Part shown: one piece after another, positions 39,067-42,328 of the stretch
Numbering within the stretch: position 1 is the first letter of the stretch
Layout of the letters: every line of letters begins with the position of its first letter
Assembly (NCBI RefSeq): GCF_001194135.2
Contig: NC_068994.1
Span: 53,163,758 to 53,206,085, forward strand
Direction: 5' to 3'
Length of the DNA stretch: 42,328 nucleotides
DNA from: Octopus bimaculoides
Lineage: Eukaryota
Notes under the pieces: generated by a model
Databases searched by the model: none
What the model was told of the DNA's origin: nothing
What the model saw: the letters and a program-made list of their open reading frames with translations, nothing else
Position numbers and translations under genes: made by a program

Positions 39067-39246
39067 CTAGGGTGTTAAAACACCTATTCACCATAAAAAC
39101 CTATGGATGGTTCAGCGAATTGTACGATTACAGCTCCTGTCAGTACATATGTATATAATTACGTACTTTAACTACAGCGTGAGAGCTTTTGTCTCTTATA
39201 TCTAGCAACGTAGGTGTTCTAATACCCTAGTCATATATAGTGACAA
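38555..39246. mobile_element. Inverted-repeat (MITE-like) element with about 120-bp diverged arms around a (TA)n tract and gap
   Basis: 38555-38676 (ttgttactatatatgcctagggggttagaacacctacaatgctagaaataaga..tactgacagggactctaatc) aligns with the reverse complement of 39126-39246 (ttgtcactatatatgactagggtattagaacacctacgttgctagatataaga..tactgacaggagctgtaatc). Confidence 0.8.
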
Positions 39247-39308
39247 CTGTAGTTCTCCTTTTTGGTAAAGCATTGCAAACAGCTGTCTATATTATTTTTT
39301 GTATCACA

Positions 39309-39309
39309 T

Positions 39310-39369
<60 letters not shown>
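39309..39369 (+). repeat. (TAG)n microsatellite
   Basis: Direct reading of the sequence. Confidence 0.96.
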
Positions 39370-39610
39370 CCACAGTTTGCACGAATGTGTTCTATTCGGA
39401 TTCAATGTCCTTGATGCCAAGTCACAACCAGCTTCCTTAGATATCGAAAACCTTTCTTACATTCCCTGCTGTTTCCAAGAAAACAGATTTCTGAATCAAT
39501 GCAACTCTTGTAGCTACACCAATCTCAATAAGCGATGCACGCCAGAATTTGTACAATTGCGAACAGAATGCATTATAGTACAAAGTTTGACTTAGTTAGT
39601 CAAAGTTAGT

Positions 39611-39655
<45 letters not shown>

Positions 39656-39811
39656 GTGTGTGTGTGTGTGTGTGGCGAGAGAGAGAGAAAGAGAGATATG
39701 TGTGTGTATATATATACATATATATATACATACGTATGTAAGTATGTATGTATGCATGTCTGTATGTAGGTAGGTATGTATGTGAGTATGTATGTATAAA
39801 AAAAGAATATA

Positions 39812-39852
<41 letters not shown>

Positions 39853-40890
39853 ACACATATATATTTCTATAAATGTCTATGTGTATGCATGTACATGGAA
39901 GCGTTGGTAGGGATGAATTATCTCGCCTTTTTTCTTCTTAATATGGCATTTAAAAATTCAAATATCAAATTTTCAGTGATGCTGCAGCGTTGGTTATAAT
40001 AATAATAATGACATTTAATACGTTTATATATCACTATCTACATGTGTGTTTGTGTGCGTGTTTGACTGTGTATTTTATGTATGTCCATGTGTGACTGTGT
40101 GTACAGTGTATGTGTGTGTGTATGTAAGATATTCCACCATTTGTATTTACATAGATTTTTATCTAGTAACCCCTACACCACCGCATCGTTAACCTATATG
40201 ATGATTGTCTAGATTCATATTAGTTGGTTTCAAAACATTAGTGAGTTTTCGGTGTGTAATTGGCCCATTAGTCAAATTTTCTATCTAAAAATTCGAAAGA
40301 CAATAATTCAACTAATATAGCGTATGCTACCGATTATGTTCAATAACCGATTGACACATTTGATCTCCAGCATAGCAAATCAAAGAGAGAATTGACTGCA
40401 ATGTTCATAATTCATAATGGCGTAATACAAAATTCGCCGACCTCACCTTCGTAAAAGTATTACTTTTAAAAAGGAAAAAGAAATAATAAGGCTTTAGGTG
40501 TTTAAAATATAGGAAAATGGTTCTATAATTAGTAATGGTATACGAAGTTTACAAATTCTGTGTTAATTCAGGATGTACTACACGTGAATTCCGGTTGTTT
40601 TTTTTAAAAATAATATATAATGTGAAAGTACCACTTTGAATAGATGTTCAATATTAACCGCATGGTAAGAAGTTTATTTCGAAACTTTTTACAATAAGGT
40701 TAATATTGCACATCTATTAAAAACACATGGTTACGGGTTCAGTCCCGCTGCGTGGCACCTTGGACAAGTGGCATCTACTGTAGCCCCAGAGTAAGTGTAT
40801 TGGTATTATCTCCCTGTGTACAGAGAAATGTTGGACAGATCTGATGAGTTTCTGTCAGATCTTCATCAGAGAAATAATTTTTTTATAATA

Positions 40891-41593
40891 TAGGCACAAT
40901 ATCATCAATGATAACAGAAGAGAGTTATTCGATACCATCGACTTTAGTGTTTGACTGATATTTTATTTCATTGGCCCCAAAATGAGGGAATACAAATTTG
41001 ACCTATGTGACATATGAACACGAACATTTAAAGAACCGGAATGAACGCTGCAATTTTGTTCGGATGCGTCAACGCTTGCGCCGGTTCGTCGTATTCTTTT
41101 CTGTTCTTTCTTTTAATTATAATAATAATAATCCTTATCTTGGTAATTTCTCCGTGCAACGAGTATAATGGTTATTTTTTTTTTTTTTTTTGCTATGTCG
41201 AGCTCTTTACGTTCTGAGTTCAAATCCCGCTGACGTCAAGTTTGCCTTTCAAAGCTCTCGTGTTCAGTAATAGAAAGTACAGTTCGAATACTGGGTTCGC
41301 TACAATCGATTAAAACCTCTGCCAAAGATAGCTGGCCTTGTACCAAAGTTTGAAACCATTGTTATTAGTATTATTATTGTTAAGGTGGCGAGTGGGTAGG
41401 GTTATTATCACGCGAAAATGCTTAGCGGCATTTCGTCCGTCCTTATGTTGTGAGTTCAAATTCTACCGAGGTCGACTTAGCACTTGATCCTTTCGTGATT
41501 GGTAAAATAAATACTAATTAATCACTGGGGTCAATGTAATCGCCTAGCCCCGTCCCCTAAGATATCACGCGTTGTGCCTATGTGTAGACTGTT
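40891..41593. mobile_element. Cluster of three SINE type A copies (about 40891-41093 minus; 41205-41381 plus; 41383-41593 plus)
   Basis: The two plus-strand copies carry gagttcaaat with downstream gtc(g/a)agtt/gtcgactt blocks and are separated by an (ATT)n tail; the minus-strand copy is more decayed. Confidence 0.8.
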
Positions 41594-41609
41594 AACCACC
41601 AGCAGTAGA

Positions 41610-41975
41610 GGCGCAATGGCCCAGTGGTTAGGACTGCGAACATGGGATCGCGGTTTCGATTCCCAGACCGAGCCTAGTGAGTGTATATGAGCGAAAACAC
41701 GTAAAGCTCTACCAGGCTCCAGAAGGTGGTGGTAGCGAACCTTGCTGTACTTTTTCACCACAACTTAATCTCACTCTTTCTTCCTGTTTCTGTGTATCTG
41801 TATTTCAAAGGGCCAGCCTTGTCATACAGTGTGTCACGCTGAATCTCCCGAGAACTACGTTAAAGAAACACGTGCCTGTAGAGTGATCAGCTATTTACAC
41901 AATAATTTCACGAGCAGGCTGTTCCGTTGTTCGCATAAACTGAAACCTTCGTCGTCGTAACAGACGGAGTACCAC
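41610..41975 (+). mobile_element. SINE type C, full-length tRNA-derived copy
   Basis: A box tggcccagtgg at 41617, B box ggtttcgattcc at 41652, 3' domain gggccagccttgtca..cacgctgaatctccc..tttcacgagcaggctgttccgttg..gtcgtcgtaacagacggagt. Confidence 0.9.
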
Positions 41976-42328
41976 GATCTACCAGTCATAATTTAGTTTA
42001 TATTCTTTGATTTCTTAAACAGCTTTATTTTTGGTTGGAATATTGTGTTTTCGTTTCTCTTTATACCCGAAAGGCCTGCAGTATATATAGGCTTTCCGGA
42101 GAATCTGTATGCGATGTCAGTGAATATTTGAAACAAAATGAACAATTTCGCAGACACATATACGCTTGTCTCACGAGATGAGCCAGTGTTCACGAGCGTG
42201 TGTGTGAAAGATGGTGTGTGTGAGAGAGGGTGTATGAGAGAGAGGGTGTGTGTGTGTGTGCACATAGTAAGATAGAGAGATAAATAAACAGCTATTTAAT
42301 GCTCAACACATTTACATGTGAGTATATA

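Noticed and set aside
40838-40880. Hammerhead ribozyme (CTGATGAG...GAAA)
   Set aside because: There is no G-C closed stem II before GAAA and no stems I or III. It is only a short imperfect inverted repeat (tctgatgag / cttcatcaga).

Overview
Eukaryotic, AT-rich, almost entirely non-coding DNA from a gapped short-read draft: 11 N-gaps totalling about 5 kb, nine of them bordered on both sides by (TA)n/(TG)n/(CA)n tracts. The microsatellite load and the tRNA-derived SINE families look like a cephalopod genome, most likely Octopus; this is pattern recognition, not a database result. No intact, recognisable host gene is present, and nearly all listed ORFs are translated microsatellites or N-runs. 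Well-supported content: an L1/Tx1-clade reverse transcriptase fragment running off the left edge (1-216, minus); a 5'-truncated maT/DD37D-type Tc1-mariner transposase remnant with one TIR (24390-24995, minus); a 439-bp almost fully palindromic, TA-flanked MITE (19592-20030); a second long inverted-repeat element around a (TA)n gap (about 38555-39246); and more than 20 full or partial copies of at least four modular SINE types. Speculative leads: a possible spliced gene for a 95-aa secreted Asp-rich peptide (2432-6970), a decayed LRR-like frame (14776-14967), and a purine-skewed 1.4-kb block with a faint Gypsy-integrase echo. I found no convincing novel multi-gene system.
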